Below are positions 26,499 through 37,729 of a stretch of 43,186 nucleotides of DNA, piece after piece. The first letter of the stretch is position 1. Each line of letters starts with the position of its first letter. Made by a program: the position numbers and the translations under genes. This DNA is from Bacteroidales bacterium. GTDB lineage: Bacteria > Bacteroidota > Bacteroidia > Bacteroidales > WCHB1-69. The stretch lies in contig JAZUEE010000273.1 in the NCBI GenBank assembly GCA_045639985.1, forward strand, positions 1-43,186. Direction: 5' to 3'. The notes under the pieces were generated by a model that was not told the origin of the DNA, did not search any database, and saw only the letters and a program-made list of their open reading frames with translations.

Positions 26499-27482
26499 AT
26501 GAGATTCCTTTGGCTCAACACCCAAAATCCGCATCACAACCTGGCCGTTGAAGCGTATTTACTACAACATACCGAAGATGATGTTTTTATGCTTTGGCAA
26601 AACGACAATTCCGTCATTATCGGGCGCCACCAAAATGCCTTAGCGGAAATCAATCAAGAATACGTTGAACAGAACAATATCGTCATTGCACGCCGCCTGA
26701 CAGGTGGAGGCGCTGTATTCCATGATTTGGGCAATCTCAACTTTTCCTTCATCCAGAACATCCACCCCAAGGAAAAGGAAATCAATTTCGTAAAATATCT
26801 GCAACCGATTGTGGACGCCTTACACTCCCTCCAAGTCCCTGCTTCATTCTCTGGACGCAACGACTTGGTCATTGACGGCAAAAAAATTTCCGGGAATGCT
26901 ATGGTCTTTTTCGGGAACCGTGTGCTGGAACACGGGACATTACTATTTTCAACCATTCAAAACAATTTAGCACAGGCGCTGAAAGTCGATCCTGCCAAAT
27001 TCGCAGACAAGGCCGTCAAGTCTGTACGCAGCCGAGTTACCAACATTTGCGAGCATCTGCCTCAACCAATGACCGTACTCGAATTCAAAGACTATGTGAT
27101 GGATTTCATTCTTCATCAAAACCATTTAACAAAAATAGACACGTTGACAACGGATGAAGAGGAAATTATCGCCCAAATGGAACGAGAAAAATTCAGCACT
27201 TGGGAATGGAATTTTGGACAATCCCCAAAATACGCCATTAATCGAAAACTTCGTACAAAGGGAGGCACCGTCGAAATCATGATGGACGTCAAACAGGGAT
27301 TTATTTCCGACATCCAATTCTACGGAGACTTTTTCTCACGACAAGAGCCTGAAGAATTAGCAAAACATCTAATCGGCACCGCCCACAATAAGGAAGCCAT
27401 TTTAGCAGTTCTTGCTGACAAAGATGTCAACGACTACTTTAACGGAGTAACGGTTGAAGAATTAATATCCCTACTTTACTAA
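26499..27482 (+). CDS. lplA: Lipoate-protein ligase A
   Basis: NPHHNLAVEAYLL, VIIGRHQN, ARRLTGGGAVFHDLGN, and KISGNA (lipoyl-AMP binding lysine region), plus a C-terminal accessory domain. Confidence 0.9.
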   Translation: MRFLWLNTQNPHHNLAVEAYLLQHTEDDVFMLWQNDNSVIIGRHQNALAEINQEYVEQNNIVIARRLTGGGAVFHDLGNLNFSFIQNIHPKEKEINFVKYLQPIVDALHSLQVPASFSGRNDLVIDGKKISGNAMVFFGNRVLEHGTLLFSTIQNNLAQALKVDPAKFADKAVKSVRSRVTNICEHLPQPMTVLEFKDYVMDFILHQNHLTKIDTLTTDEEEIIAQMEREKFSTWEWNFGQSPKYAINRKLRTKGGTVEIMMDVKQGFISDIQFYGDFFSRQEPEELAKHLIGTAHNKEAILAVLADKDVNDYFNGVTVEELISLLY

Positions 27483-27587
27483 CTACTATTTCTTCTTCAT
27501 TAGCGTCTGGCGAATAAATTATCCGCCACCAGAGTCGTATCTTTTAGGGTACTCTTATTCAATCAGTTAATGGAAAATATCGGGTAT

Positions 27588-29344
<1,757 letters not shown>

Positions 29345-29352
29345 TTTCTGCT

Positions 29353-29589
29353 ATGAAGTTGGAAATCAGAACTCCCGACCAGTCAGTCTTCACAGGCGAA
29401 GCCAATTTGGTACAACTTCCAGGTATTGATGGATTATTTGAAATCTTGGAGCATCATGCACCACTTGTGGCTGCCTTACAGAAAGGCCGCGTCAAAATCC
29501 AAAGTCACGACGGAAAACCGCAGTTCTTTGAAATCAACGGCGGCGTGGCAGAAGTACTTCAAGACAAAATCCTTGTATTAGCCGAATAA
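29353..29589 (+). CDS. atpC: F0F1 ATP synthase subunit epsilon, short form (beta-sandwich domain only)
   Basis: MKLEIRTPDQSVFTGEANLVQLPGIDGLFEILEHHAPLVAAL... is the N-terminal epsilon domain. At 78 aa it has no C-terminal helical hairpin. It immediately follows atpD. Confidence 0.9.
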   Translation: MKLEIRTPDQSVFTGEANLVQLPGIDGLFEILEHHAPLVAALQKGRVKIQSHDGKPQFFEINGGVAEVLQDKILVLAE

Positions 29590-29611
29590 TTATTATCCTT
29601 ATAAAATCACA

Positions 29612-29648
29612 GTACGGAGAGAACAATTTGTTTTCTCCGTACTTTTTT
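29612..29648 (+). terminator. Intrinsic terminator after atpC
   Basis: Stem GTACGGAGAGAAC / GTTTTCTCCGTAC (G-T wobbles allowed) followed by TTTTTT. Confidence 0.8.
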
Positions 29649-29690
29649 CAATAGTCCTACCTTTTATTAATGGACGTTAAAATAATCGTT

Positions 29691-30830
29691 ATGTCCGCAT
29701 CTCTAAACCATCTGATCGAAATCCGACACACGCTTCATCAAAAAGCAGAACCGTCGGGGCGGGAATTTGAAACCCAAAAATACATTTTGCAACAACTGCA
29801 ACTTTATATGCCGACCCACACCCATACTTTTGAGGGAAGCTGCCATATTCTCGCCGTGTATGATTCTGGAAAACCAGGACAGACTTTGCTGTTTCGTGGG
29901 GATTTTGACGCCGTTCGCGTACCCGAAACCATTGACGTTCCCTACGCCTCACTCACACCTGGAGTATCGCACAAATGCGGGCACGATGGTCACGCGACCA
30001 TACTCTTAGGTTTAGCCGAACAATTACACCTTCACCCCATTTCCAATGGGTGCGTGCTTCTTTTTTTTCAAGCCGCTGAAGAAACGGGCGAAGGAGCCGC
30101 ACAATTTCTTAACTCGGATATTCTATCACAATATCGACCAGACAAAGTTTTCGCCCTGCATAATATTCCAGGCGAAGAAATTGGAACGGTAATCTGTCGT
30201 CCTAACAGTTTTACCTGCTCTGTCATTAGTTGCGACATTGAAATTCACGGACGGACTTCGCATGCAGCGGAACCGCTTAAAGCCCTTTCACCTTATCCGG
30301 CAGCCAAGATTATTGCAGACAAACTATTGGCGTTAAACCAATATGATATGTCTCGTGAAGATTTTCGTCTATTGACATTGGTGGAATTCAGAATTGGCGA
30401 ACAAGCGTATGGCGTCACAGCCGGGCACGGTGTCCTACGCTTCACGCTGCGTGCCAAAAATGACGAACTTTTGCAGATAACGAAGCATGAGCTCTCTACT
30501 ATCGTAGAAGAAACCGTCGCCCTAACAAATGGGCTGACGGCTCAAATCGAATGGAAAGAATACTTTGCAGCTTCCAAAAACCAACCCAATGCGGTTCAAC
30601 AAATTCAAAAAGCAGCAGCTCTATGCAAACTCCCTTATGTAGAAAAAGACGTTCCTTTCTCTTGGGGCGAAGATTTCGGGCTGCTAACTCAACATTATGA
30701 AGGCGCATTATTTGGACTTGGTTCAGGTCTCCAACAGCCGTCTCTACATCACCAATTGTTTGATTTCCCTGATGAATTGGTCCCTATTGGCGTAAAACTA
30801 TTTTATTCCATCATCAAACAGAATAAATAA
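29691..30830 (+). CDS. M20D family amidohydrolase (N-acyl-L-amino acid amidohydrolase / hippurate hydrolase-like)
   Basis: IRHTLHQKAEPSGREFETQKYI, metal-binding HKCGHDGH, FQAAEETGEGA and ALHNIPG. An alternative in-frame ATG at 29670 is also possible. Confidence 0.85.
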   Translation: MSASLNHLIEIRHTLHQKAEPSGREFETQKYILQQLQLYMPTHTHTFEGSCHILAVYDSGKPGQTLLFRGDFDAVRVPETIDVPYASLTPGVSHKCGHDGHATILLGLAEQLHLHPISNGCVLLFFQAAEETGEGAAQFLNSDILSQYRPDKVFALHNIPGEEIGTVICRPNSFTCSVISCDIEIHGRTSHAAEPLKALSPYPAAKIIADKLLALNQYDMSREDFRLLTLVEFRIGEQAYGVTAGHGVLRFTLRAKNDELLQITKHELSTIVEETVALTNGLTAQIEWKEYFAASKNQPNAVQQIQKAAALCKLPYVEKDVPFSWGEDFGLLTQHYEGALFGLGSGLQQPSLHHQLFDFPDELVPIGVKLFYSIIKQNK

Positions 30831-30856
30831 CGAATTCTATCGTTAACGATGTCGTT

Positions 30857-31972
30857 ATGAAAAAAGCCATTGTCTCCGTTATAAATGATTTGGTAACCGA
30901 CCAAAGGGTGAACAAGAACTGCCTAACCTTGCAGAAGGCAGGATACGATGTGTTGTTGGTTGGACGTCAGCAACGAAAAAGCCCACCTATGGATGAACGG
31001 ACTTACAACTGCCATAGAATGAAGCTCATCTTTGAAAAAGGGCCATGCTTCTATGCGGAATACAACATTCGACTTTTCTTCTTTTTGCTTTTCCACCAGG
31101 CAGACATGCTGTTTTCCAATGATTTGGATACTATTTTACCCAATTTTTTCGTATCCCGATTGAAGCATTCCAAACTGATTTTCGACAGTCACGAATATTT
31201 TACGGAAACCCCAGAATTGGTACACCGACCACTTGTGCAAAAGGTTTGGAAATGGATTGAGCAATTCACGGTTCCAAAATTGGGGCGCTTGATTACGGTC
31301 AATGAGTCCATTGCTGACCTGTTTCGCGAAAAATATCACGTAACAGTATCTGTAGTGCGAAATATTCCGATAAGCCGAATTATGCCGCCTAAAGGAGACA
31401 AAGCTGCGTTAGGCCTTCCAATGAATAAACACTTGTTGGTATTGCAGGGCTCTGGAATCAACGTACAACGAGGGGCCGAAGAATTAGTTCAAGCCATGCA
31501 GTTTCTTCCCAACTGTTTTTTGATGATTATTGGTGGAGGAGATGTGTTACCCATTTTAAAACAAATGGTGAAAAAACTCGGATTGGCCGACAGTGTTCAA
31601 TTCCTGCCGCGAATGCCATATCCTCAAATGATGGCCTATACACAATTGGCCGAAATCGGATTTACTTTGGATAAAGATACAAACCTCAATTACCGATATA
31701 GTCTTCCCAATAAATTGTTTGATTTTATACAGGCAGGTGTTCCCATTGTAGCATCACATTTGGTAGAAATTGAAAAAATCATTCGGAAATATAATATCGG
31801 TACTTTTATTGAAAACCATACTCCAGAAAACATTGCAACAACAATTCAAAATGCACTAAAGGACACGGAAATGTTGGCTCAATGGAAACAAAACCTTCCG
31901 GTTGCCGCTGCTGAGTTAAATTGGGAAAACGAAGAAAAAGTTTTGCTGGATGTTATCAAAAGTTATGAATGA
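30857..31972 (+). CDS. Glycosyltransferase family 4 (GT-B fold)
   Basis: ~370 aa GT-B pattern with C-terminal LPNKLFDFIQAGVPIVAS (E/N-x7-E-like region). Its stop overlaps the next gene's start. Confidence 0.8.
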   Translation: MKKAIVSVINDLVTDQRVNKNCLTLQKAGYDVLLVGRQQRKSPPMDERTYNCHRMKLIFEKGPCFYAEYNIRLFFFLLFHQADMLFSNDLDTILPNFFVSRLKHSKLIFDSHEYFTETPELVHRPLVQKVWKWIEQFTVPKLGRLITVNESIADLFREKYHVTVSVVRNIPISRIMPPKGDKAALGLPMNKHLLVLQGSGINVQRGAEELVQAMQFLPNCFLMIIGGGDVLPILKQMVKKLGLADSVQFLPRMPYPQMMAYTQLAEIGFTLDKDTNLNYRYSLPNKLFDFIQAGVPIVASHLVEIEKIIRKYNIGTFIENHTPENIATTIQNALKDTEMLAQWKQNLPVAAAELNWENEEKVLLDVIKSYE

Positions 31973-33080
31973 GAAACATTTGCATATTATTTCTTTAGAT
32001 GTTCCATGGCCTGCAAATTACGGCGGAGTCATTGATATTTACTATAAAGCAAAGCAACTCGCGGAGGCGGGCATAAATATACATCTGCATTGCTTTGAAT
32101 ATGGTAGAGGGGAAGCGAATAATCTTGATTTCTGCTATCAAGTTCATTATTACAAAAGAGATACATCTATTCTCAAACAATTCAGCAGGATTCCCTACAT
32201 CGTCAATTCCAGAAAATCTGAATCTTTAGTTCAAAATCTTCAGAAAGATGACTATCCTATTTTATGCGAAGGACTACATACTACAGCCATCCTTTTAGAT
32301 AAAAGATTCTCTAACAGAAAAATATACGTTCGCACTCATAATGTCGAACATGATTACTATCGTTCTTTAGCAACTGCGGAACCGCTATTTTGGCGTAAAC
32401 TATTTTTCCAAATAGAAGCTGAAAAATTAGAACATTACGAATCAATTCTGAAACAAGCGGCTGAAATTTTCGCGATTTCTCAAAAAGACACGCAATACTT
32501 TTCTTCCCAATTTCAAAACGTACAGTGGATACCGGCTTTCAATGACTTTGTCAATGTGTCAAGTCTTCCTGGGAAAGGGTCATACGTACTTTATCACGGG
32601 AATCTGTCGGTCAGGGAAAATACGGAGGCCGCTCTTTGGCTATTACGGAATGTGTTTTCCAAAGTTGATGTGCCATGTGTTATCGCCGGTCTCAATCCCC
32701 CCGAGCAACTCATAGGAGAATCCTCGTTGCATTCCAACGTATCTATTCGTGCGAATCTGCCAGAAATAGAAATGTTGGATTTGATACAAAACGCACATGT
32801 GAACGTCTTTGTGACCAACCAGCCGACAGGTCTCAAATTGAAATTGCTAAATGCCTTAAGTAAGGGCAGATATTGCATCGCCAACACTAATATGTTAGCT
32901 GGCACCGCATTAGGAGATGCCTGTACTGTGGCAGATAGTGCAGAACAAATGAGAAATGAAATTAATCGTCTGATGCCTATAGAATTTTCTCAGACAGAAA
33001 TAATCCATCGGCAAAAGGTGCTTCAAACGAAGTACGACCACGTTGCCAATGCCCATAAATTAATCGAAACAATATATTAG
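31965..33080 (+). CDS. Glycosyltransferase (GT1/GT4-like, mannosyltransferase-like)
   Basis: MNEKHLHIISLDVPWPANYGGVIDIYYKAKQLAEAGINIHLHCFEYGR is the N-terminus of a conserved Bacteroidetes GT family. The C-terminal half has the GT-B pattern GLKLKLLNALSKGR. The ATG at 31965 overlaps the upstream stop. Confidence 0.7.
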   Translation: MNEKHLHIISLDVPWPANYGGVIDIYYKAKQLAEAGINIHLHCFEYGRGEANNLDFCYQVHYYKRDTSILKQFSRIPYIVNSRKSESLVQNLQKDDYPILCEGLHTTAILLDKRFSNRKIYVRTHNVEHDYYRSLATAEPLFWRKLFFQIEAEKLEHYESILKQAAEIFAISQKDTQYFSSQFQNVQWIPAFNDFVNVSSLPGKGSYVLYHGNLSVRENTEAALWLLRNVFSKVDVPCVIAGLNPPEQLIGESSLHSNVSIRANLPEIEMLDLIQNAHVNVFVTNQPTGLKLKLLNALSKGRYCIANTNMLAGTALGDACTVADSAEQMRNEINRLMPIEFSQTEIIHRQKVLQTKYDHVANAHKLIETIY

Positions 33081-33095
33081 TTCCGCCAGAACTTT

Positions 33096-33650
33096 TTACC
33101 ATTCATCTTCAACAACTTCTTCCGGCAACATGCCCTCTTCCAAAGCGTTGATTAGTTCTTTCACTTGGCTGTCGATTTGGGTGAGCCATTCGTATTGTGA
33201 TGGAGACCAATAAGGGCTATCTGTTTTAAACCAGTTTTCAATCGGAGCAGCGGAAGCGGCACGCTCATTAAAATTTGTTATCGTATAACGGTACCGGCCT
33301 TCACGACACTCGAGTTTGAAATTGTAGTAAACCACATTTTTAGGCATCATCGTGCCGTCTTTTTGTTTGGAAAAGATGCGTACGGTAGATCTCATTTCAA
33401 TAACGCCTTTTTCTTCATCGGCATTTTTGATAACCTCAGTTGTGTTTTTATAGTATTTCTTAATCCACACCATAGCTCTATCATACAGCACTTTAGGGCT
33501 TCCCTCTTGCTTTATGACATCTTGATAGGTGACCAACTGCGTGCGCTCATCAATGGGAAGATCCGGAACGGTAAGGTTCGTTTTAGGTTTTTGCGCAATG
33601 GCGGAAACAGTTATAAACAAAACAAATACGGATAATAATACTTTGTTCAT
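33096..33650 (-). CDS. DUF4468-like secreted protein (hypothetical)
   Basis: Signal peptide MNKVLLSVFVLFITVSAIAQ. The VTYQDVIKQEG...LYDRAMVWIKKYY...YNFKLECREGRYRYTITNF pattern resembles DUF4468 proteins. Confidence 0.6.
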   Translation of the reverse strand: MNKVLLSVFVLFITVSAIAQKPKTNLTVPDLPIDERTQLVTYQDVIKQEGSPKVLYDRAMVWIKKYYKNTTEVIKNADEEKGVIEMRSTVRIFSKQKDGTMMPKNVVYYNFKLECREGRYRYTITNFNERAASAAPIENWFKTDSPYWSPSQYEWLTQIDSQVKELINALEEGMLPEEVVEDEW

Positions 33651-33657
33651 GGCCTTA

Positions 33658-34146
33658 TTATTTTCTTATAAGTAACTGGAAATAAAGATCGTAAATATTC
33701 TTTTCATCTTTCGGAATAAAAACATTATCCGACAACGTCCATTCTTCCTCTCGTATAGCAGGGAAATATACATCCGCCGTAAAAGCAGATTGAATACGTG
33801 TAAGATAAAGTTTTCCGGCATACGGCAAAAACAATTTATACATAGTAGCTCCCCCCATAATAAAGGCCTCCTCTTCATTTTCAATTAATTTGAGAGCATC
33901 TTCAATGGAATGAACTGTTTCGCAGTCTGGGAAAGTGATGTTGTCGAGTGTAACAACAATATTTCTACGATTGGGGAGCGGTTTTTTAGGTAGAGATTCC
34001 CATGTGCGGTCACCCATAATGACGGTATGCCCGGAGGTGATTTCTTTAAAATGTTTCAAATCGACAGGCAAATGGCAGAGCAATTGGTTTTTATATCCCA
34101 ATTCAAGATTTTCTCCCACTGCAGCAATCATACTGAGGTTCTTCAT
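33658..34146 (-). CDS. folA: Dihydrofolate reductase
   Basis: SMIAAVGENLELGYKNQLLCHLPVDLKHFKEITSGHTVIMGDRTWESLP..PLPNRRNIVVT, IMGGATMY. Start chosen at MKNLSMI (34146), downstream of a -7 box. Confidence 0.92.
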   Translation of the reverse strand: MKNLSMIAAVGENLELGYKNQLLCHLPVDLKHFKEITSGHTVIMGDRTWESLPKKPLPNRRNIVVTLDNITFPDCETVHSIEDALKLIENEEEAFIMGGATMYKLFLPYAGKLYLTRIQSAFTADVYFPAIREEEWTLSDNVFIPKDEKNIYDLYFQLLIRK

Positions 34147-34167
34147 AGGTATTGGTTTTAGAGGCGG

Positions 34168-34175
34168 CAAACATA
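34168..34175 (-). promoter_or_regulatory. Bacteroidetes-type -7 box (TATGTTTG) for folA
   Basis: The reverse complement TATGTTTG lies 21 nt upstream of the ATG at 34146. Confidence 0.45.
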
Positions 34176-34180
34176 CTAAT

Positions 34181-34196
34181 TATTTTTGTATTTTTG
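34181..34196 (+). promoter_or_regulatory. Two tandem -7 boxes (TATTTTTG TATTTTTG) for smpB
   Basis: Both octamers match TAnnTTTG. They lie 15 and 23 nt upstream of the ATG at 34212. Confidence 0.45.
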
Positions 34197-34211
34197 CCCC
34201 ACTGAAACGTT

Positions 34212-34670
34212 ATGAGTAAAAACACTACAAACGCCCAAATCGAGATTAAGAACAGGAAAGCAGATTATCTATATTTTCTGCTCAATTCCTATACTGCCGG
34301 CATCGTCCTAACAGGAACGGAAATCAAGTCCATTCGTGCGGGCAAGGCAAATATTACGGATGCGTATTGTTCCTTTATTAATAATGAATTATGGGTGCAC
34401 AACATGCATATCAGCGAATATGCGGCAGGTAGCTATAACAATCATTTTCCCAAGCGAGACCGTAAATTATTACTTACTAAAAAGGAAATAAAAAAACTTC
34501 TCACCAAACTAAATGAACGCGGCTTCACTATTGTTCCTACATTGCTGTGGATAAACGAAAACGGGTATGCCAAATTGGATATTTCTTTGGCCAAAGGAAA
34601 AAAACTGTACGATAAGCGGGAAAGTATTAAGGAAAAAGATGAACGTCGTCGAAAATTACAAGAAGAATGA
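34212..34670 (+). CDS. smpB: SsrA-binding protein SmpB
   Basis: [49 protein letters not shown], and a basic C-terminal tail. Confidence 0.95.
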   Translation: MSKNTTNAQIEIKNRKADYLYFLLNSYTAGIVLTGTEIKSIRAGKANITDAYCSFINNELWVHNMHISEYAAGSYNNHFPKRDRKLLLTKKEIKKLLTKLNERGFTIVPTLLWINENGYAKLDISLAKGKKLYDKRESIKEKDERRRKLQEE

Positions 34671-35044
34671 ACCCACTAATTGATGATGAAAATGCTTTGC
34701 CATTGCCCGAATCTTTCAATGACAAAAGCAAGATTTATTATAGTATAGGAGAAACATCGAAGATGTTTGACCTACCTGTATCCACGCTTCGTTTTTGGGA
34801 AAATGAGTTCGACATGCTCAAACCGCGAAAAAACAAGAAAGGCGATCGATTTTTTTCAAAAAACGATATCTCCATTATTCGGACTATACATTATCTTACC
34901 AAAATTAAGGGCTACACATTAAAAGGTGCCAAGGATGCTCTCAAAGGCAATATGATTCAAGAAGCGGAAAATGCAGCTATCATTGAATCATTGACAAAAA
35001 TAAAAGAGATGCTTCTAAAGATTAAGACTGAATTAGACAAATAA
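34667..35044 (+). CDS. MerR family transcriptional regulator
   Basis: MerR HTH: [61 protein letters not shown]. The ATG overlaps the smpB stop (ATGA). Confidence 0.85.
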   Translation: MNPLIDDENALPLPESFNDKSKIYYSIGETSKMFDLPVSTLRFWENEFDMLKPRKNKKGDRFFSKNDISIIRTIHYLTKIKGYTLKGAKDALKGNMIQEAENAAIIESLTKIKEMLLKIKTELDK

Positions 35045-35071
35045 AAAGGACTGCCGAAACAGTCCTTTTTT
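35044..35071. terminator. Bidirectional intrinsic terminator between the MerR gene (+) and rdgB (-)
   Basis: Stem AAAAAGGACTG / CAGTCCTTTTT, flanked by an A-run and a T-run, so it reads as hairpin plus U-tract on both strands. Confidence 0.7.
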
Positions 35072-35076
35072 ATTAC

Positions 35077-35655
35077 TTATTTGCGGGAGTTCAGAAATTT
35101 CACCAACTTAGACATCGCAATACCACGATGGCTGATTTTATTTTTCTCTTCAGCACTTAATTCCGCGAAGGTCCTATCATATCCATCTGGCATAAAAACA
35201 GGGTCATAGCCAAATCCCCCTTCCCCGCTTGGTTTTTCCGTGATGTGTCCATCTATTCGGCCTTCAAAATAAAAGGTTTCTCCGTCCAAAATCAAGGCCA
35301 CAACGGTCTTGAAGCAAGCCCTGCGATTAGTCATACCTTCCATTTCAGATAGAACTTTGTTCACATTATCAGAATAGGAACAATGTTCTCCTGCGAAGCG
35401 AGCGGAATAGACACCCGGTCTGCCGTTAAGCGCCTCGATTTCCAAGCCGGTATCATCGGCAAAGCAGTTTGTATGATATTTTTCAAAAACATATTGAGCC
35501 TTTTGCAGCGCATTGCCTTGGAGAGTGTCCGATGTTTCAGGGATTTCCTCCAATTGTCCAATATCCTGAAGATTTTTCAAAATCCAATCCGGCCCAAGAA
35601 TGTCTCGTGCTTCCGCAGTTTTATGCTGGTTGTGGGTTGCAAAAACAATTTCCAT
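35077..35655 (-). CDS. rdgB: Non-canonical purine NTP pyrophosphatase (RdgB/HAM1 family)
   Basis: MEIVFATHNQHK, PETSDTLQGNALQKA, FADDTGLEIEALNGRPGVYSARFAG, GGFGYDPVF and SHRG motifs. Start at the ATG at 35655. Confidence 0.92.
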   Translation of the reverse strand: MEIVFATHNQHKTAEARDILGPDWILKNLQDIGQLEEIPETSDTLQGNALQKAQYVFEKYHTNCFADDTGLEIEALNGRPGVYSARFAGEHCSYSDNVNKVLSEMEGMTNRRACFKTVVALILDGETFYFEGRIDGHITEKPSGEGGFGYDPVFMPDGYDRTFAELSAEEKNKISHRGIAMSKLVKFLNSRK

Positions 35656-35730
35656 ATTTTTATAAACAGAAAAAGATGGCATAAATACTTATGTCATCTA
35701 ACCTAAAATATTACAAAATCAAGGTATTGA

Positions 35731-35919
35731 TTACTGGGCAGCGCCGCTTACTTCAATAGCTTGTTTACCTCTGTAATAACCACATTCCGGGCATACACGG
35801 TGTGTAAGGATAGGTGCGCCGCAGTGGCTGCAGGTTGTCAGTTGAGGAGCAGTGATGAAATCGTGAGCTCTTCTCTTATCTCTTCTCATTGCTGAGTGTC
35901 TTCTTTTTGGATTAGGCAT
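35731..35919 (-). CDS. rpmF: 50S ribosomal protein L32
   Basis: MPNPKRRHSAMRRDKRRAH ... C..CG....H.VCP.CGYY zinc-ribbon pattern, downstream of yceD as is usual. Confidence 0.93.
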   Translation of the reverse strand: MPNPKRRHSAMRRDKRRAHDFITAPQLTTCSHCGAPILTHRVCPECGYYRGKQAIEVSGAAQ

Positions 35920-35941
35920 AGTATATAAATTTTATCAGTTA

Positions 35942-36490
35942 TTAATCAAATTTCAAATTTTTCAGTACGTCCCAACGTGGGTCTGTTTCCTTTTCATTCT
36001 CCGAAGCCGAAAGCTCTTTCAACTTAGAAAGCACCTTCGGGTCACAAGTGGAATTTCCGTCTTCATCATCTTCGTGAACAATGCTCATAGGAAGTGCCAA
36101 GAATATGGATTCGTAAACGAATTGGTAGATATCCAATTCATACGTGTTTTCTTCCAACACCCAAATGTCATCATCATCGTCATTTTCTCCTGCTTCCACA
36201 GACGGGACAAGTTTGACAATGAGTCGCTCGTCAAAATCCATCGGTAATGTTACAGGAAGTAAACAGCGATCACATGGTGCTATTACGTTTCCTTCAAAAT
36301 GACATTTTACATCCACCAATTTCTCAGTTTTTGACATCTCAATCTGCAAATTCAGATTGCCGTCTCGAACTTCGGAAATTTCTGCTAATTCAAAGAACTC
36401 TTTATCACAATTTACTGAAAAACAATATGTTCCATCTTCTACTCCTGACAAACGGAGCTTGAATTGGTCTCTTATTTGTTTCTCATTCAT
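35942..36490 (-). CDS. DUF177 (YceD-like) protein
   Basis: ~180 aa acidic protein with a CDRCL motif (APCDRCLLPV), sitting upstream of rpmF in the conserved yceD-rpmF arrangement. Confidence 0.85.
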   Translation of the reverse strand: MNEKQIRDQFKLRLSGVEDGTYCFSVNCDKEFFELAEISEVRDGNLNLQIEMSKTEKLVDVKCHFEGNVIAPCDRCLLPVTLPMDFDERLIVKLVPSVEAGENDDDDDIWVLEENTYELDIYQFVYESIFLALPMSIVHEDDEDGNSTCDPKVLSKLKELSASENEKETDPRWDVLKNLKFD

Positions 36491-36509
36491 CGCTCAAAAT
36501 TAAGGGGTG

Positions 36510-36517
36510 CAAATATA
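36510..36517 (-). promoter_or_regulatory. Bacteroidetes-type -7 box (TATATTTG) for yceD-rpmF
   Basis: The reverse complement TATATTTG lies 19 nt upstream of the ATG at 36490. Confidence 0.45.
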
Positions 36518-36552
36518 TACTTTTTTCAATAAACTTTTACGTGTGAAAAATA

Positions 36553-37719
36553 TTAATTTCCACACATCACTTTGTCCAACAAATCTGTTGCCGAACGCCA
36601 ATCATAATGTTCACGAACAAAACGATTTCCATTTTGGGACAACAATGTGTAATACTCCTCATCGCGAAGCAAACGAGCGATAACTTCAATATATCCCGAT
36701 GTGGTATTGCAGGTGATAATAGCCTGTTCAGCTTCTGCCGTTTTTAACGGTTTTCCAGCCAATGGGGAAGTCACACAAGGAAGTTGCATGGACATTGCTT
36801 CCAACAGTTTGTTCTGCAGTCCCGTGCCCATTCTCATTGGGGCAACGAAAATACGGGATTTAGCATACCACTCTGCCGTAGAGTCCACCCACCCGGTCAC
36901 AAGAATATCATCAGTCTGCAAAGATTTAACTCGGGCAGAGGGATTCGCTCCGCAAAGTACCAATCGCAACTGAGGAAACTCTTTCTTCAACTGCGGAAAG
37001 ATTTCCACCGCCAAATAGATTGCCGCATCCACATTCGGAGCATAACTCATATTGCCCGTAAAAATAAGGTCGTATTGTTTGGCTTCCTGCTCATACTTAA
37101 ACGAAGTAAAATCCACTCCATTTGGCACCACCACAATTTCATCTTTATCCTTATGTGGAATCAGATCTCTGTCAACAGCCGTGATAATGGTCTTATTATC
37201 AAAAAAACGGAAAATTTCCGCTTCATATCGACGAATTCTCTGATATTCCATCTTAAAGAATGGTTTTGTCAGCCAAAAAGCGTTTTCATATCGCCGCAAC
37301 ATTCCTTTGGAAAAGACATCCTGATAATCCAAGGTCTTAGGAATCGGATAATGTTTGACGTATTCCGCCATCCTAAAAAGTTGACAGTATATATGGTCAG
37401 GTTGTATTTCGTCAACAATCTGCTTTATTTTCTGATAATTTTTTTTGTTGAAAAAATAGCCACATTGCAATGGCAATCCACGCACAAAAGCACGAGCTAT
37501 ATTGAAACAACGCCTTACTGCGCTTTGTTTCAAAAGAAAAACTCTTTTGCAGTAAGGCGTTAGTTGTTGAATATCAGGATCTAACACAGACATGTCGTGC
37601 ACGGCGGCCAAAAAAACATCGTGTTTTTCAGACAAACAACGTATTTGATGGTACGCACGCAGCTTATCCCCTTTTTCAAGAGGAAATGGAAAGCGGGAAA
37701 GCACGACCAGAATCTTCAT
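36553..37719 (-). CDS. Glycosyltransferase family 4/1 (GT-B fold)
   Basis: MKILVVLSRFPFPLEKGDKLRAYHQI N-terminus and C-terminal FVAPMRMGTGLQNKLLEAMSMQLPCVTS (EX7E-like region). Confidence 0.85.
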   Translation of the reverse strand: MKILVVLSRFPFPLEKGDKLRAYHQIRCLSEKHDVFLAAVHDMSVLDPDIQQLTPYCKRVFLLKQSAVRRCFNIARAFVRGLPLQCGYFFNKKNYQKIKQIVDEIQPDHIYCQLFRMAEYVKHYPIPKTLDYQDVFSKGMLRRYENAFWLTKPFFKMEYQRIRRYEAEIFRFFDNKTIITAVDRDLIPHKDKDEIVVVPNGVDFTSFKYEQEAKQYDLIFTGNMSYAPNVDAAIYLAVEIFPQLKKEFPQLRLVLCGANPSARVKSLQTDDILVTGWVDSTAEWYAKSRIFVAPMRMGTGLQNKLLEAMSMQLPCVTSPLAGKPLKTAEAEQAIITCNTTSGYIEVIARLLRDEEYYTLLSQNGNRFVREHYDWRSATDLLDKVMCGN

Positions 37720-37729
37720 CTACACAAAA

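Noticed and set aside
36784-37563. 259-aa plus-strand ORF inside the glycosyltransferase gene 36553-37719, and 202-aa plus-strand ORF 4492-5100 inside the lipoprotein gene
   Set aside because: Both are antisense to better-supported genes, which have a signal peptide or GT-B motifs and fit the operon. Neither has a promoter box or recognisable domain.
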